Source of the DNA: Planctomycetota bacterium | Lineage (GTDB): Bacteria; Planctomycetota; B15-G4; SIAN01 | Reading direction: 5' to 3' | Length of the DNA stretch: 64,000 nt | Assembly: GCA_009691715.1 (NCBI GenBank) | Contig: SIAN01000004.1 | Coordinates: forward strand, 13,101 to 77,100 | Part shown: positions 28,063 through 37,326 of the stretch, in pieces | Layout of the letters: each line of letters starts with the position of its first letter | Numbering within the stretch: position 1 is the stretch's first letter | The notes under the pieces: model-generated | The model's database searches: none | The model's input: the letters and a program-made list of their open reading frames with translations, nothing else | Told to the model about the DNA's origin: nothing | Position numbers and translations under genes: made by a program

Positions 28063-29217
28063 ATGTTGTCGCGTTCCGCGAGCGCAGCCCTGATCCTGTC
28101 CCTAGTCGGCGCCACGATCGCGTCGGCCCAGACACCCGCCCCGACCGATCAGGGCACGCCACCGGCCGCACCGGCCGCGGCGCCAGCAGCAGCAGCGCCG
28201 CAGGCCGCGCCGCAAGGCTCCCCGCGCCACACCGCGACGGTCACGCTCGGAACGGCGACGCTCACGCTCGAGCACGGCCAGCCGCCATGGAACGATCAAC
28301 GACTCGGCCAGATGGCGCAGATGGCGCAGCAGGGTCAGGCGTGGCGCATGGGCTCGGAGGGTGCGACGACCCTCGAAGTGACCGGCGGGCCAGTCTTCTT
28401 CGGCGACGAGCTGGTCCAGCCAGGTCGCTATGGCATGAACCTGCAGCCGGCGGGCGAAAACGCCTTCAGCTTCGTCGTGTTCGAGCCGCTCCACCTCGAT
28501 CAATCGCCGCAGATGCTCGGCGATGAGCCGAACCAGCTGATTCCGACCGTGTTCAAGGGCGACGCGGCCGATCTCACGCCAGCGCTGGTGCTCGACTTCG
28601 TCGCGGCCGGTGATACCGCGGCCTGCACACTGTCGTGGGGCCCGCTGCGTGCGAGCGCGCCGTTGGCGGCCGCCGGCATCTCGACGGCCGAGATCGAGCT
28701 GAACGGCAACCCGACGGACACCACTTGGTACCGCCGCGCGCTCGCCGAGGGCTTCGACTGCTCCAAGCCGATGATCGCCGGCAAGATCGACTTCGCGATC
28801 GACGAGCAGGATTGCTCGATGAACGTCTACGTCATGCTCGAAGGCGACCAACTCGTCGCCGTCATGCGCAATCGCGAACGCGAACAGGCCGAGGCGCAGA
28901 CCCTGTCGCTCGAAGAAGGCATGAAGCGATTCGACGCGGCGATCCAGCAGTTCGGCGAGCTGGCGGCGGCGCAGATCGCGCCGTTGAAGCGGCAGGCACA
29001 GCGTCAGCTCGTGAAGAACGAGCTGACGCTCGAGGACACCGTGAACCTCCCCGACAACTTGAAGTTCTCGGCACCGTGCGAGGCCGGCAAACCGGGCGCA
29101 CTGGCCTGCGAGATCTTCCAGACGCGCCGTTCGATCAATCTCGAGGTGCTGCTCGGCGGAAAGAAGGGCGTGATCCGGATCGACGAGAGCCTGTTCGCGC
29201 TGAAGAGCTCGTCCTGA
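28063..29217 (+). CDS. Exported DUF2911-like domain protein with C-terminal extension
   Basis: GGAGG RBS; signal peptide ending ASA; SPRHTATVTLG...HGQP...AWRMGSEGATT...PGRYG pattern. Confidence 0.65.
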   Translation: MLSRSASAALILSLVGATIASAQTPAPTDQGTPPAAPAAAPAAAAPQAAPQGSPRHTATVTLGTATLTLEHGQPPWNDQRLGQMAQMAQQGQAWRMGSEGATTLEVTGGPVFFGDELVQPGRYGMNLQPAGENAFSFVVFEPLHLDQSPQMLGDEPNQLIPTVFKGDAADLTPALVLDFVAAGDTAACTLSWGPLRASAPLAAAGISTAEIELNGNPTDTTWYRRALAEGFDCSKPMIAGKIDFAIDEQDCSMNVYVMLEGDQLVAVMRNREREQAEAQTLSLEEGMKRFDAAIQQFGELAAAQIAPLKRQAQRQLVKNELTLEDTVNLPDNLKFSAPCEAGKPGALACEIFQTRRSINLEVLLGGKKGVIRIDESLFALKSSS

Positions 29218-29240
29218 ATTGACGCTCCGAACGGCCGGAG

Positions 29241-30215
29241 TCACTCCGCCGGGTCGGTGGGTCCGTCGATCGCGCGCTCCTCGCGTGCGAGCAGATCGGG
29301 GCGCACGAGGCGCCAGAAGGTGGCCGGGACGTGGCGGAGCTTCCGCCGCAGCCCGGCCATCTGCGCTTTCAGGCGCGCCACGGCCAGCTGCGACGGCGTC
29401 GCCAGCGGACCTGCGGGCACATATCCGTGCTGCGAAAGCGCCTTGCCAGCAACGTGCTCGACCACCGCGATTTCGTCTTGCGTGAGCTCGCTGCGCCAGC
29501 GTTCGACACGGGACTTCTCAAGCGCGCCCTGCGCCCGGTCAAACCACCAGCGATCGGTCTTCTTCGCACTCGTCTCGAGCATCGCGGGCTCGAAGGCGAC
29601 ACCGACGAAGGCGCAAAGTCGTTCGAGTGCGCTGTCCGGCGCCGCGACCACGTCTTCGTAGCGGACGCGCAGAAAGCGCGGGTCGGCGGAGCACGCCTCG
29701 GCTCCCATGACGCAGGCGTTCCACGTCTGCGCATCTCCGAGCCGGCTGCCGCTGCCCCATGGCATGCGCTTCAGCGATGCGACGACGTCACGCGGATCGC
29801 GAACCAGATGGATCAGCCGCGCTTCGGGATACCAGTCGAGCAGCGTCCTGCTGGAGAGCGCGTGCTGCGGCGTCTTCTCGCCGCCGATCGGCTTGCCCTG
29901 CGCGCGCGAATAGAAGCGCAGCAGCGCCGCGAAAAACGCCGGATAGCTCACCGCCTCTTGCTGCAGGCAACCGCGCAACGCAGCGAGGTCGAGGCCGAGG
30001 CGGAGGATCCGGCGCGTCTCCAAGAACCGGTCGATTGCCCGCGCGCGACGCGCCGGATCGGCGAGGTCGCCGAAGACGCGCTGCCGTTGCGCCACCCAGT
30101 AGACGAAAAACGTCTCGTCGCAGAGCCCGATGCGCGAATGACGGTTCAGCATCGCCCGCAGCAGAGTCGTCCCGCTGCGCGGTGCGCCGACCACGAAGAG
30201 CAGCGGCTCGGCCAT
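29241..30215 (-). CDS. PAPS-dependent sulfotransferase
   Basis: FVVGAPRSGTTLL (5'-PSB loop), EKTP, HLVRDPRDV (3'-PB), RYED. Confidence 0.93.
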   Translation of the reverse strand: MAEPLLFVVGAPRSGTTLLRAMLNRHSRIGLCDETFFVYWVAQRQRVFGDLADPARRARAIDRFLETRRILRLGLDLAALRGCLQQEAVSYPAFFAALLRFYSRAQGKPIGGEKTPQHALSSRTLLDWYPEARLIHLVRDPRDVVASLKRMPWGSGSRLGDAQTWNACVMGAEACSADPRFLRVRYEDVVAAPDSALERLCAFVGVAFEPAMLETSAKKTDRWWFDRAQGALEKSRVERWRSELTQDEIAVVEHVAGKALSQHGYVPAGPLATPSQLAVARLKAQMAGLRRKLRHVPATFWRLVRPDLLAREERAIDGPTDPAE

Positions 30216-31486
30216 CACGCGCCTCCCGCGACTCGTCGCACCGGCAATGCCCGGTCGCGCCACGCCGCCGCGAATGCGGCGAGCGTCAGCAGCAGTCCAA
30301 ACCCTTCGGCCACAAGCAACGCCATCGCCGCACCGGCGACCCCAGACTGCCGCGTCCACCACGGGATCAGCGCCGCCAACGCGAGCGTGCCCGCCACCGA
30401 GCAGACGAGCTCGAGCCGGCTGCGACCGAACGCCAACAGCGTCATGCGCGCGTGGCCGCGGCAGGCCAGCAGGGGCAGCACCGCGACCAGCAGTCGCAGG
30501 CAGCTCGCGCTCTCCGCGTCGCAGAGCTCGGGCCGGAACAGGAGCCGCAGCAAGCCGTCGGCGTTCGCCGCGACGCAGAGCGCCAGCGCCAGCGTGCCGC
30601 CGACCGCGATCGCGGTCGACCGCAGCAGCAGCGGCTTCAGGATCGCGCGCGGACCGCGGGCAGCGCGCGAAAGACCGGGAAAGAGATTGGTGAAGTACAT
30701 GGTGAGAACCGCCTGCAGCACCATCATCACGCGGTGCGCGACGGCATATCGGCCCACCGCCTCCTTCGGAACGAGGTGCCAGAGCAGCAGCGTCGCCAGG
30801 AACATGCGCAGCGCCCAGAGCAGCTGCGACACTCCCATCGGCGCCGCCTCGCGCAGCATGGCCGTCGCTCCAGGCGCAGGACCGATCGCAGATCGGCCGC
30901 CGATGCGCCCGCGGCGCCACGCCCACTGCGCCAGCAGCGCCGCACCGCCGACCGCCACCACTTCGAGCCACGGCAATCGAGCGAGGTCGCCGCTGCTGCG
31001 GACGAGCGCGGCGGTGAGCAGCAGGAAGAGCCCCTGGCGCAGGACGCCGGGCGCCGCGATCCAGTGCATCGCACCGCGTCCCTGGAACGCCCACGGCACC
31101 AGCCACGGCAGCAGAAGCAGGGAGGCGGCGTAGACCGGGAGCAACGTGCCAAGCTCCGGCCCCAGCCAGCCAGCGGCGCGCGCCAACCATGCGAGCGCAA
31201 CGAGCAGCACGGCCGCGCCGCACTGCAGACGCAGCACCGTCGGCGCGAGGCGCTGCTCCGCCGTCGGATCGCGCGCCACCTCGCGCGCCGCCAGCAGCGG
31301 AAAGCCGAGCTCGACGAAGAGCGCGGCGAACATCATGGCCGACAGCGACACCTCGACAGCGGCGTAGTCCGCAGGCGCGAGCCGGTTCGAGAGCAGCCAG
31401 ATCGCCACGAACGACAGCAGCCGCTGCGCTCCCTCGCCGGTCAGCAGCACGAAGAGCCCGCGCATCGATGCGAAGCGGGGTTGCAT
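30215..31486 (-). CDS. Wzx-like oligosaccharide flippase
   Basis: Many TM segments; RLAPADYA, ELGFPLLAAREVAR, WAFQG, EAVGRYAVAHR, GVAGAAMA. Confidence 0.85.
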   Translation of the reverse strand: MQPRFASMRGLFVLLTGEGAQRLLSFVAIWLLSNRLAPADYAAVEVSLSAMMFAALFVELGFPLLAAREVARDPTAEQRLAPTVLRLQCGAAVLLVALAWLARAAGWLGPELGTLLPVYAASLLLLPWLVPWAFQGRGAMHWIAAPGVLRQGLFLLLTAALVRSSGDLARLPWLEVVAVGGAALLAQWAWRRGRIGGRSAIGPAPGATAMLREAAPMGVSQLLWALRMFLATLLLWHLVPKEAVGRYAVAHRVMMVLQAVLTMYFTNLFPGLSRAARGPRAILKPLLLRSTAIAVGGTLALALCVAANADGLLRLLFRPELCDAESASCLRLLVAVLPLLACRGHARMTLLAFGRSRLELVCSVAGTLALAALIPWWTRQSGVAGAAMALLVAEGFGLLLTLAAFAAAWRDRALPVRRVAGGA

Positions 31487-31489
31487 CGC

Positions 31490-32632
31490 TCAGCCGGAGC
31501 CGGCGCGGCCGGTGATGAGCGCGCGAGCGACGGGGGACTTCAGCAGCTCGTCCTTGAACCGCTCGAACAGCAGTTGGTAGCCCGCTGGATTCGGATGGTG
31601 GTCGATGTCGCTCACGCGCAGCGGGCGCAGATCAGGTACGTCGGCGAAGGTCGACACCAAGTCGAGCGTCACGATCCCGCGCTCGCCCAGCGCCGCGCGC
31701 GCGGGCTCGAAACGCGCCTCAAGCCGCGCCACCTCGCCGACCGCCGGCAGCAGCACGACCGCCAGCTCCGCCCCACCCGCGCGGCAGCTCTGCTGCATGG
31801 TTGCGAGCGCCCAGCGCACGAACTCGTCGCTGAAGGGAGCCAGCTTGGCGTCGGTCACGGTCGGAGCGTCGTCCTGCTTCAGTGCGGCACGCGCCGCCAG
31901 TTCGCGCAAGTACGGGTATTCGAGGTCGATGCCGTCGTGCACGAGGCACGCCAGATGGTGGCCCCAGATGCGCGTGACCGACAGGTCGGAGAGGCCGACC
32001 ACCACGACGTCGGGATGGAACCGCGGCAACGCCTCCTCGACCACCTTCACGAACTGCGTGGTGCGGTAGCCCTCGACCGCGAGGTTCATCAGCTCGAAGC
32101 CGACGACACCGTCGCCGACCTGCGACTCGTTCAACCACCGCTCCACGTTGGGCTCGAGCGCCTGGCCGAACGGAGCACCGAGTCCGCGCGACAGCGAGTC
32201 GCCGACCCAGACGAGGCGGCGCACGCCCGGCGTGCGCGCCTCAGGGTAGTCGCGATCGAAGAGGCCGGCGCGGTTGGTCACGACCGTCGCCGTCGGATCC
32301 GCGGGATCACCCAGCGAAGGCTTCGGCCGATAGAGCAGGAACGACTCGAGCCGCTCCTGCGTCGACCCGCGTGCCAGCGCCTTGTCCCACAGATCGTCGG
32401 TGTTGCCGGCGTGGATCGTGTCGCGGCTCGCGTTCAGCAGTTCGTCGTAGTAGCCGGCCAGCAGCCCGAGTTCGTCGTCGGCATTCGCGCCGTGGTAGAC
32501 CCACTCGCGCACTTCGCGCTGGATCGCCTTCGGGATCGCGGTGATTCCATTGGCGGGGTGCGCGCGCTCCACCGCAAGCAACGCCAGCAGCGTGGCCGTC
32601 GAGGCGACCACCGACTTCGCGAACGGCGTCAC
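31490..32632 (-). CDS. SGNH/GDSL-fold protein, membrane anchored (AlgJ/DltD-like role proposed)
   Basis: VGDSLSRG block I, NLAVEGY block II, DHHPNPAGY block V; GTG overlapping upstream stop. Confidence 0.82.
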   Translation of the reverse strand: MTPFAKSVVASTATLLALLAVERAHPANGITAIPKAIQREVREWVYHGANADDELGLLAGYYDELLNASRDTIHAGNTDDLWDKALARGSTQERLESFLLYRPKPSLGDPADPTATVVTNRAGLFDRDYPEARTPGVRRLVWVGDSLSRGLGAPFGQALEPNVERWLNESQVGDGVVGFELMNLAVEGYRTTQFVKVVEEALPRFHPDVVVVGLSDLSVTRIWGHHLACLVHDGIDLEYPYLRELAARAALKQDDAPTVTDAKLAPFSDEFVRWALATMQQSCRAGGAELAVVLLPAVGEVARLEARFEPARAALGERGIVTLDLVSTFADVPDLRPLRVSDIDHHPNPAGYQLLFERFKDELLKSPVARALITGRAGSG

Positions 32633-34242
32633 GGCGACGGCTCCGACGACTTGGCCTTGAGCGCCTGGTAGTCGACTTTTTCGGTCGAGGTGCGCGGCAG
32701 CGTGGCGTGGAACACGAAGCGATCGGGGCTCATGTAGGGCGGCAGCGCGTCGGCGCACCACTTCTTCAGCGCGATGATCGACAGCGGCGGCGTGACCGGC
32801 GCGACGTGGGCGTCGATGCGGACGCCAGCGGCCGAGTCGGGCAGGGAGATCACCGCGGCCTCGCGTAGAGCTGGATTGCGTTGCAGCGCCGATTCGACCT
32901 CGCCGAGCTCGATCCGGTAGCCGCGCCGCTTGACCATGCGATCGCGGCGGCCGACGTAGACGAAGCCCTCGCCATCGACGTGACGGACGACATCGCCGGT
33001 GTTGTACCAGCGCCGACCCGCACGGGTCTGGAACACGTTCGCGTCGAGGTCGGGCCGCCCGAAGTAGCCCTGGAACAGCGACGGTCCCGCGATCCAGAGC
33101 AGCCCCTCCGCGCCCTTCGCGACCTCGACCTGCTGTTCGTCGAGGACCAGCCCATCGCAGTGCGAGCAGAGCGGCCCGATCGGGTAGGGCCGCGTGCGCT
33201 CGTCGGGTACCGGCAGCGGGATCTCGGCGTAGTTGCAGACGTTGGTCTCGGTCGGTCCGTAGAGATTCCAGTAGCGCGGTCGCGGAAGGAGTCGCGTCAG
33301 CCGGCGCAGTCCCGGCACCGGGAAGACCTCGCCCGCGAAGAGCACGTGGCGCAGCGCCGAGAGATCGAGCGTGTCGAGCTGCCCGAACTCCGCCATCAAC
33401 GACAGCACCGACGGCGTCGAGTACCAGATCGTGAGGCGCCGGTCAGCGGCGAAGCGCGCCAGCGCCTTCGGGTCCTTGCCGAGCTCCTCGCCCACTAGAT
33501 GGAGCGTCGCGCCGTGCTTCAGCGCCACGTAGAGGTCGAAGATCGACAGGTCGAAATGGAACGGCGCGTGGCTGGAGAAGCGATCGTCCGCGGTCGGCGC
33601 GTAGAGCTCGCTGCACCAATCGACGAACGAAAGCGCGTTCTCGTGGGTGAGCGTCACGCCCTTGGGCACGCCGGTCGAGCCGGAGGTGTAGAGGATGTAC
33701 GCGAGGTCGTCGCGGCGGCGAGGGGATGCCAGCTCGGCGAGCGGCGCGTGCGCCAGCGCGGCGGCGAAGTCGTGCGCGCCTAGCGGGAACGGATGCATGA
33801 CGTTGGCGTGCGCCGCGGCGGAGCCCGTGGCGCTCATCGGCACGCGCACGAGCAGTTTCGGCAGCGTTCCAGCCGGCCACTCCGCGAGCACGTCGTGGCG
33901 CGCCTCGCCGAGGAACAGCGCCGCCACCTTCCCATCGCGGTGAATCGTCGCGTTGCGCGCGGCCGGTCCGTGCCAGTCGACCGGCACGTAGCCGGCGCGC
34001 GCCTTCATCGCACCGAACAGCACCGTGACGCTCGCCAGGCCCTTCGGCAGGCAGAAACCGACACGATCGCCTGGCACCACGCCGTGCGCGCGCAGGAACC
34101 CCGCGACTCGCGAGGCCGCAAGGTCGAGCTCGCCGTAGGTGAGCGTGCGGCCGTCGGGCGCGACGATCGCGATGCGTCCTGGGTCGCGCCTTGCGGACGC
34201 CTCAAGCAGGTCGGCGAGGCTCGCAGTGGCGGCGCCGGCCAT
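32629..34242 (-). CDS. Stand-alone amino acid adenylation enzyme, L-proline-activating type (PltF/RedM/CloN4/AnaC-like)
   Basis: YTSGSTGVPKG, FDLSIFD, NLYGPTETNVC, TGD, KRRGYRIELGE; specificity residues read by eye as DLFYLALVCK. Confidence 0.85.
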   Translation of the reverse strand: MAGAATASLADLLEASARRDPGRIAIVAPDGRTLTYGELDLAASRVAGFLRAHGVVPGDRVGFCLPKGLASVTVLFGAMKARAGYVPVDWHGPAARNATIHRDGKVAALFLGEARHDVLAEWPAGTLPKLLVRVPMSATGSAAAHANVMHPFPLGAHDFAAALAHAPLAELASPRRRDDLAYILYTSGSTGVPKGVTLTHENALSFVDWCSELYAPTADDRFSSHAPFHFDLSIFDLYVALKHGATLHLVGEELGKDPKALARFAADRRLTIWYSTPSVLSLMAEFGQLDTLDLSALRHVLFAGEVFPVPGLRRLTRLLPRPRYWNLYGPTETNVCNYAEIPLPVPDERTRPYPIGPLCSHCDGLVLDEQQVEVAKGAEGLLWIAGPSLFQGYFGRPDLDANVFQTRAGRRWYNTGDVVRHVDGEGFVYVGRRDRMVKRRGYRIELGEVESALQRNPALREAAVISLPDSAAGVRIDAHVAPVTPPLSIIALKKWCADALPPYMSPDRFVFHATLPRTSTEKVDYQALKAKSSEPSP

Positions 34243-34246
34243 CGCC

Positions 34247-34534
34247 TCACGTCCCCCGCTTGCGCCGCACCAGCGCCGCGATGTCGGCGATGCGGTCGAA
34301 GTGCTCGACGCCGGCTTCATGCGCCTCGACTTCGATCGAGAAGCGTTGCTCGACGAACGACACGACCTTCAGCGTCGCCACCGAATCGAGGATGCCGCCG
34401 GTGCGCAGCGGCGTGTCGTCGCGCAGATTGGCGGCGCTCTCGCCCGGCAGGAACTCCGCCAAGATGAAGCGCCGCAGCTCGTCGGCGATCTCGACGGATG
34501 GGTCGCCGGGCTGATTCTTGTTGGTCGTGTTCAT
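34247..34534 (-). CDS. Stand-alone acyl/peptidyl carrier protein
   Basis: GGILDSV phosphopantetheine site; VSFVEQRFSI helix. Confidence 0.92.
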   Translation of the reverse strand: MNTTNKNQPGDPSVEIADELRRFILAEFLPGESAANLRDDTPLRTGGILDSVATLKVVSFVEQRFSIEVEAHEAGVEHFDRIADIAALVRRKRGT

Positions 34535-34609
34535 GGGGCGGTGATTCTGCGGGTTGGTGGTGGCGCGGGCAATCGTCGTCCCGCGCTGCGTCGCCGTCCG
34601 CGGCCGCGG

Positions 34610-35923
34610 TCAGCCGACCTTCCACCAGGTCAGCAGCTCGATCCAGGCCGCGAACGACTGCGCGTTCCACATCGACCAAAGGACGGTCAGGAGTGTGAGC
34701 GTGCCGGCGATTCCGAGCGCCCGGCGCACTCCGGTCGGCGCCGCGGCTCCGCTGCCGCGGCGCAGTTCGAACGCGAGGTTCACCATCACCAGCACGCCCA
34801 AGATCGACCAGAAGGCGACGTCGGTCGAGCGCAGCAGGAACCTGCCGGTCAGGAAGAAGGTCTGCGCCGCATGCAGGAACCAGGTGACGACGAAGACCAG
34901 CGCGGTGGCCTGGATCTGCGCCCGCTTGTCGCCCAACTTGCGCCAGCGGAAGTAGGCCGGGAACCAGACCAGCTTCACCATGAAGTCCTTCCAGTAGATG
35001 TTGATCCGGCGCCAGAAGTCGGTCAGCGATGACGAAAGCAGCCAGCTCCGATGCGTCGGCGGCAGGTCGTAGCCGAACAGATGCAGCAGCCCGATCACGA
35101 AGTGGAAGGTGCCCGACAGGCGCAGGTAGAGCAGGTAGACCCGTGCCATGCAGACCAGCAGCGCGCCGAGGCTGGTGATCTCGTACGGATCGGCGTTCCA
35201 TTCGGTCGCGTTGTAGAGACGCAGGTAGATCAGCAGTTGCACCAGCCCGCGCGTCATCGAGGCGACGCCCTCCTGCGCGATCAGGTTCTGGTCGCGAGCC
35301 AGGAAGCTCTTCTTCAGCGTGTGGAAGTCCACGACCGGGAAGAGCAGGCAGCCCCAGTTCGGCAGCATGAAGCAGTAGGCGAGGAACTCCGAGAGCGCCG
35401 GCGGCTCCTTCATGTGGCGCCGGTCGTAGAGCCAGATCGGCAGCCGGAACAGGAACAGCGAACCGACCAGCGGCCAGAGTTCGTCGGGCAGGCCGGGCAG
35501 CCAGGCGGCGCGGCCGGCGACACAGGGAGCCGCAAGCAGCAGCGTCCACGTCACGCGCCAGCGCTGCGGCATCGCGCTGCGGCCGATCGCAAAGAAGCCG
35601 AGGCCGAGCGCAATCAGCAGCGCACCCGTCAGCGGTCCGGCGATCCACGGCAGCGCCGCCAGCGACAGCAGAACCCAGAACGGCTCCTTAAGCCGCAACG
35701 GCAGCCAATAGTGCAGCGCGAACCCGCCGGCCGATGCGACGCTCACGCGCCAGAAGCCTTCGCCGAAGAGCTCGTGCAGCTTGAACGCGCGAAACACCAC
35801 GAGCAGCAGCGCGATCTCGGCGACGAGGACGGCGAACGTGCGCGGATCGCGGCGGCAGCGCTGAGCGCGCGCGATGTCCAACGCGCTCGCGCTGGCGTCG
35901 ACCGAACCGGTCGCCACACTCAC
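34610..35923 (-). CDS. MBOAT family membrane acyltransferase (AlgI/DltB-like)
   Basis: Polytopic; LFGYDLP, DFWRRINIYWKDFM, candidate catalytic His in TWFLH. Confidence 0.88.
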   Translation of the reverse strand: MSVATGSVDASASALDIARAQRCRRDPRTFAVLVAEIALLLVVFRAFKLHELFGEGFWRVSVASAGGFALHYWLPLRLKEPFWVLLSLAALPWIAGPLTGALLIALGLGFFAIGRSAMPQRWRVTWTLLLAAPCVAGRAAWLPGLPDELWPLVGSLFLFRLPIWLYDRRHMKEPPALSEFLAYCFMLPNWGCLLFPVVDFHTLKKSFLARDQNLIAQEGVASMTRGLVQLLIYLRLYNATEWNADPYEITSLGALLVCMARVYLLYLRLSGTFHFVIGLLHLFGYDLPPTHRSWLLSSSLTDFWRRINIYWKDFMVKLVWFPAYFRWRKLGDKRAQIQATALVFVVTWFLHAAQTFFLTGRFLLRSTDVAFWSILGVLVMVNLAFELRRGSGAAAPTGVRRALGIAGTLTLLTVLWSMWNAQSFAAWIELLTWWKVG

Positions 35924-37065
35924 AGACCGAGCCCGCGGGCGATCAGGTTGCGCTGGATCTCGCTGGTCCCGGAATAAAGCGTGCTGCCGACCGCGTCGCG
36001 CAGCTCGCGCTCGAGCTCGTACTCGGTCATGTAGCCGTAGCCGCCGAAAACCTGGATCGCGTCGAGGCCATTCTTCACGAAGCAGTCGGAGACGTGCAGC
36101 TTGGCCAGCGCCGCCTCAACCGTGCAGTCGCGCCCCGCCTCCTTCATCCGTCCGATCCGGTAGACGAGCGGGCGGCAGGTGTCGATCCGCAGGCGCATGT
36201 CGACCATCCGGTTGGCGACCGACTGGAACTTGCCGATCGCCTGGCCGAACTGCCGGCGCTGGCGGGCGTGGGCCACGCAGCGCTCGAGCTGGCGACGCAT
36301 CACGCCGAGGCAACTGGCGAGGATGCAGCCGCGCTCCCACTCCATCGACGACTCGAACACCGCGACGCCACGCCCTTCGCGGCCGAGCCGGTCGGCGACC
36401 GGCACGCGCACGCCTTCGAACACGACTTCCGCCATCGGCGAGGTGCGCAGCCCCAGCTTCTCGATCTTCTTGCTGATCGTGACCCCCTTCGCATGGGCGT
36501 CGACGATGAAACCGGTCACCCCCATCGCGCCAAGCTTCGGGTCGATCGTGGCGTAGGCGACGATCACGTCGGCGACCGGCGCGTTGGTCACGAACATCTT
36601 GGTGCCGTCGAGCACGTAGACGTCGCCGTCGCGCCGCGCACGCGTCCGCATCGCGAAGACGTCGGAGCCGGAGTCGGGCTCGCTCGCACCATTGGCGCCG
36701 ACCTGCGAGCCGTCGATGAGGCCGGGCAGCCAGCGCGCGCGCTGCTCGGGCGTGCCCCACTGCACCAACGGCATCGTGTTGGTCCAGAGGTGCGCGTTCA
36801 ACGAGAACAGCAGCCCCTGATCCTTGGCACCGTAGCCGAGTCCCTCCATCACCGCGATCACCTCGGTGATCGGCAGCCCGAGCCCGCCAAGCTCCTTGGG
36901 CACCGGCATCGCCAGCACGCCGAATCCGGCGGCCGCCTTCCACGCCGCGCGATCGAACGTCTCGTCACGGTCGGCCGCGATCACGTCGCCCGCGAGGTGG
37001 CGGCGCGCGAAGTCGGCCGCGGCGTCGTGCCACTCGCGCTGCGCATCGTTGAATTCGAGGTCCAA
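35920..37065 (-). CDS. Acyl-CoA dehydrogenase family, L-prolyl-PCP dehydrogenase-like (PltE/RedW/AnaB type)
   Basis: SEPDSGSD, RRQFGQAIGKFQ, GGYGYM; GLGYG..DQGLLFSLNAH, SMEWERGCI and YSGTSEIQR resemble the prolyl-PCP oxidase subfamily; TTG start with AGGAG RBS. Confidence 0.85.
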   Translation of the reverse strand: MDLEFNDAQREWHDAAADFARRHLAGDVIAADRDETFDRAAWKAAAGFGVLAMPVPKELGGLGLPITEVIAVMEGLGYGAKDQGLLFSLNAHLWTNTMPLVQWGTPEQRARWLPGLIDGSQVGANGASEPDSGSDVFAMRTRARRDGDVYVLDGTKMFVTNAPVADVIVAYATIDPKLGAMGVTGFIVDAHAKGVTISKKIEKLGLRTSPMAEVVFEGVRVPVADRLGREGRGVAVFESSMEWERGCILASCLGVMRRQLERCVAHARQRRQFGQAIGKFQSVANRMVDMRLRIDTCRPLVYRIGRMKEAGRDCTVEAALAKLHVSDCFVKNGLDAIQVFGGYGYMTEYELERELRDAVGSTLYSGTSEIQRNLIARGLGL

Positions 37066-37326
37066 GGGCGCTCCTCGGGCACAAGCGGTTCGTTCCCGCC
37101 ACGACCGGATGGGCGCCGCGTTTTAGCCGCAGCGGCGCCGCTTTCCCCGATCGGCGGGCCGGGTACCACGACTGCAGACGGCCGCGCCACTTCCGGGTGA
37201 AGGTCCGCATCGGCGTCGGTAACGAGCCCCCGAGTCGCCCGCAGCGTCTCGCGCCACCCGCCGTGCGGTCACGGTCGACAGGCGGCACGCCCGTTGCCGA
37301 CTGTCGCGAAACCCCGAGGCCCGATC

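Noticed and set aside
32629..35923. Canonical dlt (D-alanylation) operon
   Set aside because: The pocket residues match proline-activating enzymes and a coupled dehydrogenase is present, which dlt operons lack.
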